Assembly (NCBI GenBank): GCA_951406725.2 | Contig: OX597817.1 | Location: forward strand, 136,214,001 to 136,278,000 | DNA length: 64,000 nt | Direction: 5' to 3' | Source of the DNA: Octopus vulgaris | Lineage: Eukaryota | Part shown: piece by piece, positions 13,680 to 26,270 of the stretch | Numbering within the stretch: position 1 is the stretch's first letter | Layout: each line of letters opens with the position of its first letter | Position numbers and translations under genes: made by a program | The notes under the pieces: model-generated | The model's input: the letters and a program-made list of their open reading frames with translations, nothing else | Told to the model about the DNA's origin: nothing | Databases searched by the model: none

Positions 13680-14262
13680 CATAGGTAGGCCCAATTTGAC
13701 AAAAGAATTAGTTAGAGTCTGGTAGCAAACCTGTGTTGTTGTCAATTTTGTACGTGTGTGTAAAATAGCGAAATTTTATGCTTTCGGGCAGATTTCGTCA
13801 AATGGATGTCACAATGGCTAGTGTGCAAAATGCCTGAATTTTGCTAGAGAAATAAAATACTCTTACCTAATCAAAACCTGAAACGCTGTGGAATTAAAAC
13901 AACGAATTGAAATAAGTTTTAGCAAATCAAAACAATTTGCATTGAAATGAAGAATTAGCAAATGCTGAATAGATTACCATTAATAAACTGTCTGTTCATA
14001 CCAATGAAACATTTTTCGTCAAATTTTAGCATTTTTCATCAAATTGATGTCACAATGGCTAATGCGGAAAATGCCAAAATTTTATGATTTTTGAAAAATC
14101 ATTGCTGATTAAAAATCAATTTAAAAAAAAATTCCAAGTGCCTAAGTGACCGCACGGGTATAAGCCCCACATGGGTCAAGTTTCATCAAGGTCTGTTGGA
14201 TAGTCTTGGAGGAGTTAAAGTAACAAATTCACTAACACACAAACTAGCCATTTATTATTATA
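13680..14262 (+). mobile_element. Putative non-autonomous element with an internal direct repeat (possibly Helentron/HINE-like)
   Basis: tttcgtcaaatggatgtcacaatggctagtgtgcaaaatgcc (about 13793) is repeated at about 14034; end motif aagtttcatcaag...ggagttaaagtaacaaa...gccattttattatta. Class assignment is weak recall. Confidence 0.35.
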
Positions 14263-14890
14263 TCTATCTATATCATCATCATCATCGCTTAACGTCTGTT
14301 TTCCATGGTTTGGACAGTTCAACCGGGGTCTGGGAAGTCAGGAGGCTGCGCCAGGCTCCAGTCTGATTTGGCAGTGTTTCTACAGCTGGATGCCCTTCCT
14401 AACACCAACCACTCCGTGAGTGTAGTGGGTGTTTTTTATGTGCCACCAGCATGGGGGGGGGGGGGCGAGAAGAGGCTGGCAAACAGCCACAATCGGTTGG
14501 TCCTTTTTATGTGTCACCAACACAGACGCCAGTCAGGCAGTGCTGGCATCAGCCACATTCAGATGGTGTTTTTACGTGCCACCGGCACAGGTATCTTAAC
14601 TACAATTTCCATTTGTTTTTTAATTTGATGTTCATGTACTTGACTCAATAGGTCCCCTCAAGAACAGTGGGTCACTCTACGGTCCAAAGTTAGCACAGCA
14701 GGCTGTCCTGCAAGCCTTGAACTCACTTCATTTGTTGGGTCTTCGCAGTCACAGCATATCTCAGAGACCTCCGTCTTTCATCATTTCCTCTGTGAGGCCC
14801 AATGTGTCACCAGCACGGGTATCACAACTGCAATATCCATTTGATTTTTATTTTGATGTACTTGACTCAATAGGTCTCATATATATATAT

Positions 14891-15381
14891 AACCATGAGA
14901 AATACATTCTTAGCATGTTGATTGCTGGTTGGCAAAACAATTTGAAAAAATTATAAAGACCAGTTAATTCTATACCCCGAAGTTTCACCATTAATGAAAT
15001 TATCTGTGGATCTTCAGTAGAACCTGCTGGGGATGTATAATTATAAAATTCAAATGCATACCATAAAAGGACACACGTGCACATTGAGTGCTACTGTTAT
15101 ACATCACAAATTCAATTCAAATGTCTTCAACCAATGCGCCAAGCCAGAATAGATCAGCAGTGAATAAAATTCAGCAGTGAATTGTCTGACTCAAGAACTA
15201 AAATATTTAAATAGATACATAAGGGTAAAAATTATTAAAGGTAATAATTTATACCAGTGGCTAGATTCTGTTAAAAATTGTCCATAGACCATCGGAGTAT
15301 AGAATTAACCAATCTTTTTAATTTCTTCAAATTGTCTTGCCTGCCGACAGTTAACATGCTAAGAATTTATTTTTTGTGGTT
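14891..15381 (-). mobile_element. Fold-back PLE-type/retrozyme element, family D, with ~90-bp inverted arms
   Basis: Arm 14891-14979 (aaccatgagaaatacattcttagcatgtt...ttaattctatacccc) is imperfectly inverted relative to 15293-15381 (cggagtatagaattaa...aacatgctaagaatttattttttgtggtt); begins next to (TA)n. Confidence 0.65.
14968..15022 (-). ncRNA. Type I hammerhead ribozyme (family D)
   Basis: Minus strand: ttcta-CTGAAGA-tcca-(16 nt)-tggt-GAAA-cttcggg-GTA-tagaa. Helix I ttcta/tagaa, intact core, GUA cleavage triplet. Confidence 0.7.
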
Positions 15382-15509
15382 TGAGGATTTGACATCTCTT
15401 TTCAGCATGCAAGGAGACCATCTAGTGGTTTTCCTCTCAGTGTGTAATTTATACACATGCATATATATATATCTATGTATATATATGTATGCATATGTAT
15501 ATATATATG

Positions 15510-15544
<35 letters not shown>

Positions 15545-15580
15545 ATGTATATGTATGTATATATATATATTTATTTATTT

Positions 15581-15744
15581 AGTATTAATAAAATAGGAGA
15601 TGGAATGTGTAACAGACTATTGGGTACAACACGTTTCGACCCGTTCTGGGTCTCTTCAGGTACATCAATAAAAAGTCTCACTAGAAACATGTGTTGTACC
15701 CAATAAAGTCTATTACACATTCCATCTCCTGTTTTATTAATACT
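15581..15744 (-). mobile_element. Small fold-back element, family B, with ~56-bp inverted arms
   Basis: agtattaataaaataggagatggaatgtgtaa...gggtacaacac is inverted relative to gtgttgtaccc...ttacacattccatctcctgttttattaatact; follows a (TA)-rich tract. Confidence 0.75.
15624..15663 (-). ncRNA. Minimal type I hammerhead ribozyme (family B)
   Basis: Minus strand: gtac-CTGAAGA-gaccc-agaac-gggtc-GAAAC-gt-GTT-gtac. Canonical core, 5-bp helix II, 4-bp helix I, minimal helix III. Confidence 0.8.
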
Positions 15745-16181
15745 GTAACCTCAACCACCACTACAAAGTTGCTGCAGTAAGTCTACGGATAACAACAGGT
15801 AATCGAAACTGCTGTTGCTTTACTCATCATCCTTTTATACATTTTGTACAATTTCTCCATTATATATATAAATATATAAACACAGATATAAATAACCAGA
15901 TTGAGTTGTAAGAGTTCTTGCCTGAAGATTATAGTGGCATGAAACTTGAGTAACATTCAGTTTAAATAAATCATATACTTTAGAATATTTATTGAGTACT
16001 CCCCATGAATTGAGAAACAAGATGAATGTGAAGCAATATATACCATTTCCATCAACAAATTTCTGAAATGGCACAGCCAAAAAATGAATGATGTAATCTA
16101 GACTGATGGAAAGCATTCCACTTGGAAAGGGACAACAACGCACCAATCCAAGACGTGTTTTCAACTTGCAACTGACCCACA

Positions 16182-16345
16182 CTATTTACTATGGGTTGGT
16201 TGGTTTGTATTTTTAAGCCACATCCTTTGAACATCTTTATTAGGTGTTTTATGAATGTACCAAGTTTCTTTCCGTTCATACTTTGGATAATGACAAGTCT
16301 GTCAACTCTGTATACACCTATGTTTGACTTATATTATTTCCAGGA
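16182..16345 (-). pseudogene. Decayed Penelope-like reverse transcriptase fragment
   Basis: Translates NIGVYRVDRLVIIQSMNGKKLGTFIKHLIKMFKGCGLKIQTNQPIVN, resembling the GLYRDDGL...IIKIF...GLKI..N...VNFLD segment of PLE RTs with the YRDD motif mutated. Confidence 0.65.
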
Positions 16346-16483
16346 TGTATAATCATACTGGCTCGTATGTCTCTGTTTTGTCATAGCAACAATGGAGATA
16401 TGGAAGAATTTGTATTTTTGCTTCTTTTTTTTCCAGGCTGAAATGTCATGGAAAAGGGAGAATTTTCTTACATGCATAATTAT

Positions 16484-16651
16484 AGTTCTATATTTACAAG
16501 ATAAGAAATTATGTATACTACTTACATTATTTACATTTGACAGATATTTGTCCTCATCTTGTTTGTTGTTAACGCAACATTTTGGCCTTCATCAGGTGTC
16601 TTAGGGAAATTTCGAACCTGGGTTCTCGTTCTTAAGGTATTTTTCGATGTC

Positions 16652-16715
<64 letters not shown>

Positions 16716-17067
16716 TCACTGCTTGGAGTCGAACTCTGAGATATTGATAAATTGGGTATAGCTGATCATGTATGGAAAAATGGAGACCACCTCCCCTGTG
16801 GGATGAAGTTAAAATAATATACAGAGAACACCACTGGAAAATACGTAAACTAAAAGAAGCAGCACATATGCTAGGACACAACAACCTCCTAAGCAGACTA
16901 AGTGCAAATATGAACAACATATGAGAACTGGTATTAAGGAAGGATAGAAAAATATTAGATTTATAAGCCCTAAAAATTCACTCCATAATTGCTCATGGGC
17001 ATATGGTGTAGTTGTTAAGAGCGTGGGCTACTAACCCCAAGATTCCGAGTTTGATTCCAGGCAGTGA

Positions 17068-17098
<31 letters not shown>

Positions 17099-17268
17099 GA
17101 TAATAACAACAACAACAACATCGAAAAATACCTTAGGAATGAGGACCCAGGTTCAAAATTTCCCCAAAATACCTGATGAAGGCTGGAGGGTATATCAGCC
17201 TAAACGTTGTGTTAACAACAAACAAGATGAGGACAAATGTCTGTCAAATGTAAATAATATGCATAATT
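16484..17268. mobile_element. Penelope-like element 3' end in inverted configuration (family A: tRNA-like head, (AAT)n, HHR)
   Basis: Minus copy with terminal tail at 16484-16735; plus copy at 16997-17268 preceded by a GIY-YIG C-terminus; flanked by the direct repeat atgcataattat (16472-16483 and 17259-17270). Confidence 0.85.
16740..16966 (+). pseudogene. C-terminus of Penelope GIY-YIG endonuclease ORF, frameshifted
   Basis: DIDKLGIADHVWKNGDHLP / WDEVKIIYREHHWKIRKLKEAAHMLGHNNLLSR, matching the typical SAIAEH.W..DH.I.W..VKI...E..W..RK.KEA.HI motif; one frameshift and one internal stop. Confidence 0.85.
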
Positions 17269-18589
17269 ATGTCCATTTGTCATTCCTTGAATGAGTTGCG
17301 AATCTTGAAGCAATGTCTAGTGCTTTTAATAATAGGGGTTTTCCAGTAGACAGAAATGCCAGATAATGTGAATTTATACAACTTATTTGTGCTTTAAGTG
17401 CTTGAACCAATCTGTGGTGACTGAATTCCCGTTCTGTTGTGTACAACTGGTTGTGGTATTTCAGAATTGATGTTTGCTTTACTGTCTAGTTCTTCTTTCG
17501 TGGTATTTATTAGTCTACGTTTGGGATTGGTCATAAAGTTAAGATTTGTGATCCTTCAGTATTATATTTTTTTTTTGTTTTTGCTAAGCATTTGGTTCTC
17601 TCTCCTATTTATAATTTTGTTGCTAGATCTTTAGCTTCTCTGTTTATCATCTTCTATATATTGGGGTTTTCCCTCTTGAATTTTTTTTTTTTGTTATACA
17701 ATTATTTCGGGTGTTCTTGTAGCATATCGGTGCTTTCCCTTGTCTGCGAATGAGTTTTTCTGGAGTCTCACAGCAATTTGATATCTACGTGGATTTTATT
17801 ATTAAATCTTATCTTTATCATCATATTGATGAGGTCAGCTTTGAATTTGTGTGGGTCAGTTGCAAGCTGAAAACGCGTCATGGATTGGTGCATTGTTGTC
17901 CCTTTCCAAGTGGAATGCTTTCCATCAGTCTAGATTACATCATTCATTTTTTGGCTGAGCCATTTCAGAGATTGTTTGTTGATGGAAATGGTATATGTTG
18001 CTTCGCATTCATCTTGCTTCTCAATTCATGGGGAGTACTCAATAAATGTTCTAAAGTATATGATTTATTTAAACTGAATGTTACTCAAGTTTCATGCCAC
18101 TATAATCTTCAGGCAAGAACTCTTACAATTCAATCAGGTTATTTATATCTGTTGATTGTTAGCGTGTTCATTGGTTTGTTTTGTTTTATGCTACTGGAAT
18201 GATTGGGTTTTTTTTTGTCATCTAATTGTTTATGTTCATTGAATTTGTTGGTGAAAATTTGTTTCTATTTTGTTCTGTTGTATTTTTATTGGGTAGCTTA
18301 TTAATTAATCTAATTAAGGTTGTTTGCTTATGTTTCGGTCAAGTCTGCTTCTTTGATTAGAAGAGGATGGGATCTGTTTTGCATTGTTTAATAATAGAAG
18401 ATATTCATGGTACAGTGATTTTGTTGATGTAGGTTTTGGTCAAGATTAGTGTGTGTGTGTGTGTGTTATATTTGTTGGCAAGAGGTATGTTTGTAGTTTG
18501 TATTTTGTTTTATTGTTTAATTTCTTTTCACAGTTATTGGATGTGATATGGCTCATTGAATTCACCTGCTAAACTCATTAAAAAGGTTT

Positions 18590-18946
18590 GCATTTTATGG
18601 AGAAGCTTCAGAGTATTTCATATCTTGGGAGTAAAACAATCCTTGGCCATGGTTAAGTAACCTTTGCTAATGTGTATTTTGAAATTTTTTAAAGCCCTTC
18701 AACAGCAAAGGGCTAAAAGCCTGGTTTATGGGAGTCGGTGTGTGTGGGTGGGTGGGGGTGATATTGAATTCACCTGACTGCTGATTGGTCAGTCATATTT
18801 CTTTCATTAGGAAGTATTATGTGATTAGGAAGAATTTGTCTCATATTGGTATTAATATTCATGGCTGCTTGCTTTTGTAGGTGGCACTGCTAATGGTTTA
18901 TTTTCTTTAATTTTTGCTTTACTTAAGACAAAATGAGTTGAAAGAC

Positions 18947-18982
<36 letters not shown>

Positions 18983-19265
18983 CTGTATGCATGTGTCTAT
19001 TTGTATATAATCTGGTCAAGGCTTGATTTTATTTAATTTTCGGTGAGTATGTCTGTTGTGTGTTGTATGTCAACTTGGCTTGGGTGTTTATAGTTGAATT
19101 CTTAGGGATGTCATTGTGGATAGGTTAGTTGTCTTATTTTGTTAGGAGTTCAGGCCAGTTTTTAAAGATGAATTTATTTTGGTGTCTGCAGTGTAACACG
19201 GTCTCATTTCTGTTGCCTAGTGGGATGTGTTTACTGTGATCATGTTTAATTTTTCTGTGCACAAA
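18590..19265 (-). pseudogene. Further decayed PLE ORF fragments
   Basis: TEKLNMI / GNRNETVLHCRHQNKFIFK at about 19150-19265 (cf. EK..I..LNKRSE...CRH.NKF) and KIHISKGYL...NTLKL at about 18600-18690. Confidence 0.45.
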
Positions 19266-21834
19266 ATGAATATAAAATATACATACACTGTTATCATTTA
19301 ACATCTGCTTCTTCCCTTGCTGGTATAAGTTGAATGGAATGGCCTGAGTTAGTTTCTGTTCACAGTTACTTCCCTCCTAGGATGCTGTGGCTTCCTTTTG
19401 AACATTTCCCTTTTGGCTTGGTTTCTTTGGTTGGATACCCAGTCTGTCACCAGCGCAAGAGAGGTTGTAATGTCCCTGACACAAGACTAACCAATCTTCT
19501 CGGCCCTACAATGTCTCTCTTCATTCACCAATATCTTCACAGAGTGCACAAGGTGCATTTTATCATGGCACTGTCACGAGAGAAGTTGCCATGTCTTTGA
19601 TGGCATCAGTGAAGTTGTGAGATATCCTATGAGATCAGAGAATCCTTACTACACTCTGGTGTGTCTATTATCTCAAGGTAACACATAAAAAAAAAATTAC
19701 TAGAAGAGGAGATAATGACAGAAAAGGGTGAAGATTGTTGGAGTATGATGGTAGAAATGATATTCAGAGGGAGAGGGAGGTGGCAGAGGAAAAAAGAGTG
19801 GATAGCAATGTAGGTGGATGGTGGTAAAAGTGGATGCACCCATGTAAAAAAGACACCCATGCCGGTGCTATGGCAAAAGCACCCACGCTGGCACCAAGTG
19901 AAAAGCATCCAAAGCACTTTATAAAGTGGTTGGCATTGGGAAGGCATCCACCCAGAGAAACCATGCCAAAGGAAACAAGTGGAGCCTGGTGCAGCTCTCC
20001 AGCCTTGCCAAACCATTCAACCCATACCAGCATAAAAAAAACCAGATGTTAACTGATGATGCAGGTGATTCACAAACACACACACACACACAAACACATA
20101 TCCATGTACATGCACACACATACACGCATTTTATTTTAACATTTACATCCATAAACACGCACACACACACGCACACGTGTACGCACATACAAGTGTTTAA
20201 TTTTGACATTTAGTTTCTTACTGATTAGTATATTGATAAGGTGTTTATTTTGAGAGGAGTGATGGGGTGAGGAAGAAAAGATGAGATGAAAGGAGGAGAA
20301 AGAAGACGGGGAAAGAGAAAGAGTTATTGATTTCTCCCCCCCCCCCCTCTTCCCACCGTCCCAATTTCATTAGGCATTCTGTCCGGAGAACAGTCCTTAG
20401 CAATTGGCAACAGTGCAACAACACCAGTGATGTTGTCATCGTCTACATCGTTTCCATTGTGGAGATGAGAGGGGTGAGGGTGGGGTGGGAATGAGATGTG
20501 AGGAATGGGAGGAGGAGGAAGAGAAGGAGGGGACAGAACCAACAATAACAACAACAAGATGATGGCTGAAAGGGAAGGAACTGATATAAAGGTGATGGAT
20601 TAAAGGAACAAATATCACCACCACCACCACCACCACCACCAGCAGTAGTAGTACAACTACCACTTCCCAAAGTACTACTACTACTACTACTACTGCAGTC
20701 GCCACCCTTGTCAATGAGATACTTAAATTTACTCCCACCGTATCAAACAGAAATTGTATACAGTACAAATAGATGTACTCAGAGTACTGCAGGTGTGTGT
20801 GTGTGTGTATTTAACAGTAGTACTAATGAAATTTTAGTGAATGTTTATTTCATTTCTGCATCTGGTTCGCAAATCTCTTACCACTTCTCTTTCACCTGTT
20901 CCGCTCCTGCTCGTTAGACTGCGGTCATGCTGGAGCACCACCTTGAATGTTTTAGCCAAACATATCCACCCCCGTGTTTATTTTACATTTTTGCTTTTTT
21001 AAAATCTTGCTACTTATTTTATCGGACAGTTTTTGCTGAACTGCTAGGTTACAAAGATGCAAACAAACCAATGCCGGCTGTCAAGTGGTGCTGGGAGATA
21101 AACACACACATACATAGATATATAAACATATCATCATCATCATCATTGTTTAATGTCTGTTTTCCATGCTGGCATAGGTTGGATGGTTTGACTAGGGATT
21201 GGCAAGTCAGGAGGCCGCATCAGGCTCCAATCTGATGTGGCAATGTTTCTACAGCTGAATGCTCTTCCTAATGCCAGCCACTCCGAGAGTGTAGTGGGTG
21301 CTTTTTATGTGTCACCGGCATGGGAGCCAGTCAGGCGGCATTGGTATCAGCTACATTTGGATGGTACTTTTTACGTGCTACTGGCACAGGAGCCAGTCGG
21401 GGTATGGGGGCTGGCATCAACCACATTCAGATGGTGCTTTTTACGTGGTATGGTACGGAGCGCCAGTCAGGCAGGACAGGCAACAACCCATGCAAAAATG
21501 GTGCTTATTACGTGCCACTAGCATGGGAGCCAGTCAGGCGATATATATATATACAACAGGCTTCTTTTAGTTTCTGTCTACCAAATCCATTCACAAGGCT
21601 TTGGCTGGCCTAACACTATAATAGAAGAGACTTGCCCAAGGTGTCGTAGATGGGTACTGAACCCAGACCCATGTGGGTTGGGAAGCAAACTTCTTACCAC
21701 ACAGCCACACCTACCCCGAAATGGTGTGCATTCTCTCCTGGTGACCCCATAAACTTGCTATCATCCAGTATGCAGAGCTTACAACTGGTAGCACTTGTGC
21801 CTGCAAGTTGTTTGCAAAACACGCATATATATAT

Positions 21835-21877
<43 letters not shown>

Positions 21878-21984
21878 AAATTTACATATATCTATGACTT
21901 TATTTCAATCCAGCTGATATACATTCAAATTCCAGGACAGAGACACTAGTTTGTTGTGTGCTTTTATTTCTAACATTACACATT

Positions 21985-22271
21985 AGTACATTATTTACAT
22001 TATTTACATTTGACAGATATTTGTCCTCATCTTGCTTGTTGTTAAACACAACGTTTTGGCTGATATACCCTCCAGCCTTTATCAGGCGTCTTGGAGAAAT
22101 TTTGAACCTGGATTCTCATTTCTAAGGTATTTTTCGATGTTATTATTATTATTATTATTACTATTAAAAAGGTATTTTTCAATGTTATTATCAATCCAAC
22201 TTAGAATCTTGGGGTTAGTAGTCTGCGCTCTTAACCACTATGCCATTTGCCTGTGGGTATATGGCGTAGTG
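21985..22271 (-). mobile_element. Family A tRNA-head/HHR element with short snap-back hairpin
   Basis: Reverse complement of the HHR region at 22045-22090, an (ATT)n tract and the tRNA-like head, then inverted gggtatatggcgtagtg. Confidence 0.8.
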
Positions 22272-22852
22272 TTATTTCTTTGCTGTTTAATCCATGTCAT
22301 TGAAACTTTGGTGTGCTTTCTGTTGGAAATTCTTCCAACTGGAACCCATCTTTGATAAGACTGGTGTCAATATATTTGTCAGCCAGGTAGACTGATGCAA
22401 ATAGGGTTCTGTGCTTTTATTTCTAAGGGATACGACATAACAGACTGTAAAAGGTATTTAATGAAACAGATTAAGGAAACAGATTCTAGATGTAAATTTA
22501 TGATGAATGACAAGAAAGGAGGTGAAAAGTTGGTCTGTGAAAATGTAACACTTCAACTGCCTCGCTCTCTCTCTCCTGATAACACCATACAATATTAATG
22601 TTCCTATTGATGTTGCTGACAAAATGACACTCGACTCTAGGAAATATCTTTGAGAAACGCTTTTCTCACTTTATCATAAATCATGTTAAGGTTAACACTG
22701 AGCTTGGTAAAAACCATTCTTCAAGAGATTACAAAAGAATCTGCAGAAGCTATGAACGCCTGTACACAAAAGTTGCTGTTAGAAGCCTTTAGCTACAACA
22801 GCAGCTAACTATTTCTTCTTCTTCCTTTTTTTCCATTTTCTCAACCTTGTAG

Positions 22853-22931
22853 ATCGTCTCGTTCAGTGCCTGCCTGGGATCGCAGTTAGACTACAAGTTG
22901 GTCTTCTTACTAAAACACCTGGCCAATATTG
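22853..22931 (+). CDS. Candidate internal exon (IVSFSACLGSQLDYKLVFLLKHLANIG), gene unidentified
   Basis: Long polypyrimidine tract ending ttgtag, 79 nt of non-repetitive open sequence, donor G|gtattg. A second frame is also open. Confidence 0.4.
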
Positions 22932-23693
22932 GTATTGCTTGTTCCAAGCTGAAGAAATACTTGTTTAAATTTTGGCATTGTTTCATCTTTTCTTTTTCTA
23001 TAACAACAACAACAATAAACAAAAGAGCGAAGATTCGGTTTCTATCATTGACACATGTAATGAAGACAATCGGAGAGATGAAGGCTATTCTCAGAAATCA
23101 TACAACCGACTTTAATCTTGGTAGTTTTTGTTTTCCACTGGATAGGTCACAGCTAAATCTATCATTTTTATGGCCAAACTTACTTAGCCAACAATTAAAT
23201 AACCATTTTCTACAACAGAACACTAAAGAGGACATGGTATGTTCCAAGCAAAATAACCTACAATCATCATTTTTTCAATGGCCATTTCTCAAATGTCTGT
23301 TCTCTTCTTCTTCCTCCACCTTACACCCCCACCTTTGATTTTTTTTTTTTTATTTCCCAAACTTTCACTTAATACTTTTAGGATGGAAGTTGTTTTTAGT
23401 TCCATATTCACCAAACTATATTCCAAATATTAAACTAAAATACAGCTTTTGTTTCATACATATTAATAATAGAGTTTTTTCTGTCTGTGATGCTGATATA
23501 TAGTGAAACCTAGCTCAAAGTAATGGGCTAAATAATTGATTCTTTACCAACACCTAACTTGCTCTCTGTCTGTCTGTATGTACCCTCCTACCACCCCCCT
23601 CTCTCACTCACTTTTCTTCGCCAGTTGCAATGGAAGCTAACTTACAAACACTCTCACTACAACAACAGCATCATGTATTTTACCTACAACTTA

Positions 23694-23748
<55 letters not shown>

Positions 23749-24081
23749 GTTGGTGATGTTGTTGTTGCTGTTATTATTATTATCATCATCATTAGTGTTG
23801 TTACGTCAATAACAATAAAATTTACTGCAGCTGCCCATGCATTATGATAATCATTTCCACAGTAATGTATTCAAATATGGAAGATGTTGCAGAGTTTGTT
23901 CAGGTCCCCACCCCCTACATCCCTTAAACACTGAATATTCCTCTTTCAGTCCTGATATTCTTATAAAAGAACCCCAATAAAATACTTTCATTGGTATACA
24001 TTGACTGAGAGTTTTAAAAAACGATTTCTTATTTTAGATATGTTTTGTTATTGAGGTTTTGCTATCTTTGATTACCTTTAA

Positions 24082-24302
24082 CCCTTTCGTTACCAATCCG
24101 GCTGAAACTGGTTCTGGCTCTGTAGTGGAAAATGTCTTTCTTTCATAAGTTTTGAATTAAAATCTTCCACCAAACCTTAGTCACAATTTATGTTCCTAAC
24201 ACCAGCTGAATGATAACTAAGTCATTTTACTAAATTCTTTGTTAAATTTAAAATTAATTGAAAGAAACAGAGTGTATCAAAATAAATACAGTAACGAAAG
24301 GG
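24082..24302. mobile_element. piggyBac-type MITE
   Basis: TTAA on both sides (24078-24081 and 24303-24306) and 12-bp TIR ccctttcgttac/gtaacgaaaggg. Confidence 0.9.
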
Positions 24303-24760
24303 TTAATTAATTAGATTGCGAAATTGTAGAGTGATATCTTTAAATATGTTCATTTTTTTTGCTCAAATGATCAGAAGATGCTATAAATATTGTAATATTT
24401 CACAACTCCAGTGTTGAGTGACTGGGTAAAGTGTGCCAACAAGGTAACTGGATATTTAGATTAAGACATAGACAACACAAGGCAAAAAAAATAAATGGGC
24501 AGCAAAAACAACACACAAGATTATAAAGTTAATGTAGTGGGAAAGAAAAGAAAGGAAGACGCATTGACTTTTCAGATATTTGTCCTTTGTCAAAAGGAAG
24601 GAGAAGGAAAATTCAGTGTGGGATTCAGAGATGAAGCATGCTGGGATGGCAGACAAGAAGTGAGTTGATTTAGTGGTTTCCAGCAAAGAAAAAGCATACA
24701 GCAAGGGAGATGAATGTGGGAACAATGATGTGCATGTGTGTGTGTGTAAGTAGACAAGTC

Positions 24761-24791
<31 letters not shown>

Positions 24792-25132
24792 TGTGAATAT
24801 GATTTAATATTGTGAGGTTCAATAAACAGGGCCTCACTGAGTGTGGATTCATGGTAGATCAGAGGTAGAGTGTGTGTTAGTGTATGGGTAGAATGAGTCC
24901 ACAACAAACCAAACATTAAGAACCTTTACACAATGTAATTTGTTTCCAACAAAATAAAATTTCTTCATTACAGAAAAATAAAAATAAAATTATATGGCAT
25001 TGATACTTCACAGAGTTTCCAAAATTTCTCAAAACAGAATCAACATCTAAGAGGTTCTGATTCTATAAATTTGATGACCACATTCTCTTTCTTGCTATGC
25101 TTTTGGCTATAGAATCATATAAAATACTTTGG

Positions 25133-26270
25133 ATCTGTTCAGTTTGGCTCACAGATTTTTTAATTAATTTTGTTTTAACTAAACAGTTTGAAACTTCATA
25201 CACTGGTGTAATTTCTCATGCAGAACACAGTTTACTTTGAACATTTTTGACAAAATTTCGCATTTTAGAAGTTATTTCGTGTTAAAGTCATCGTATTTGG
25301 GTAATTTTAACCAATCAACAACGCATATTCAGTTGAAGAAAGCTACTGCTGTTTGTGATGGTAATCGAAGAGGATCAAATTCCAGGTCATCTCTACTAAA
25401 TGTGACCAAACATACAGCACATACAGCACACCGGTGTTTAAAAGACATATAGAGCTACGGGTCTGCAGCTAGCTTTTTTGTTGTTGACGTATATATACTT
25501 TCAAAATGCTTTATTTTACAATGATGAGATGTATTGTTATTGTTATGATTTTATCTTATTATAATCAACAACAAACACATTTTGTCAATATTAAATTCTT
25601 TATTAGATTAAAAATATCATTATCAAAACATGAAAGTAAAACAAAACAAATATGCTTTATTTTCTTCCAGGCACCAACGTAGCTGTTGTGTTTTACGTTG
25701 TTCACTGAAAAAATCAGTGGAATCAGTCGATGTCCATACATAAATTATTTTCCTCCTGAAACTTATAAAAAAAGTACACATATTAAGTGCACCTTTCTAT
25801 AAGCTACACACTAAATTTTCCAGGTAAAAAACAGGGGCTTATACACCGGAAAATATGGTAATTGTAGTGGCAGTGACAAGTTCGCTCGCTGGTTGGTAGT
25901 TGATAATGTAGAAGTGGCTCTCTGCCAGTGGAGAGAGAAAGAGTAAGGAATGCATGGTGCTGACTAGAAAGAAAGGATAACATATGAATAAAACAGGGTG
26001 GTGACATTTAGTAGAGATGAGCCGGAAGGAGTTCCTCTTTGATTACTATTGCAAACAGCAGTAGCTTTCTTCAACTGAATACACATCGCTGATTGGTTAA
26101 AATTACCCAGATATGACAACTTTAATACAAAATAACTTCTAAAATATAAAATTTCGTAAAAAATGTTCAAAGTAAACCATGTTCTGCATGAGAAATTACA
26201 CCAGTGTATGAAGTTTCAAACTGTTTAGTTAAAAAAAATTATTTAAAAAATCTGTGAGCCAAACAAAACA
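25133..26270. mobile_element. Non-autonomous DNA element with ~270-bp terminal inverted repeats (fold-back/MITE)
   Basis: 25133-25408 is inverted relative to 25999-26270 (mirror ORFs MNIF..I..FRSYFVLK.SYLGNFNQS on both strands); about 590-bp non-coding spacer. Confidence 0.88.

Larger units (their letters stand above)
15883..18151. repeat. About 300-bp inverted duplication (arms 15883-16180 and 17849-18151)
   Basis: The ORF track gives near-identical peptides on opposite strands (WVSCKLKTR.GLV.CCPFPSGMLSISLDYIIHFLA...) at 15835-16182 (-) and 17750-18202 (+). Confidence 0.9.

Noticed and set aside
16997-17069. Functional tRNA gene
   Set aside because: The acceptor stem does not pair and the sequence is embedded in a repeated element; treated as a tRNA-derived head.
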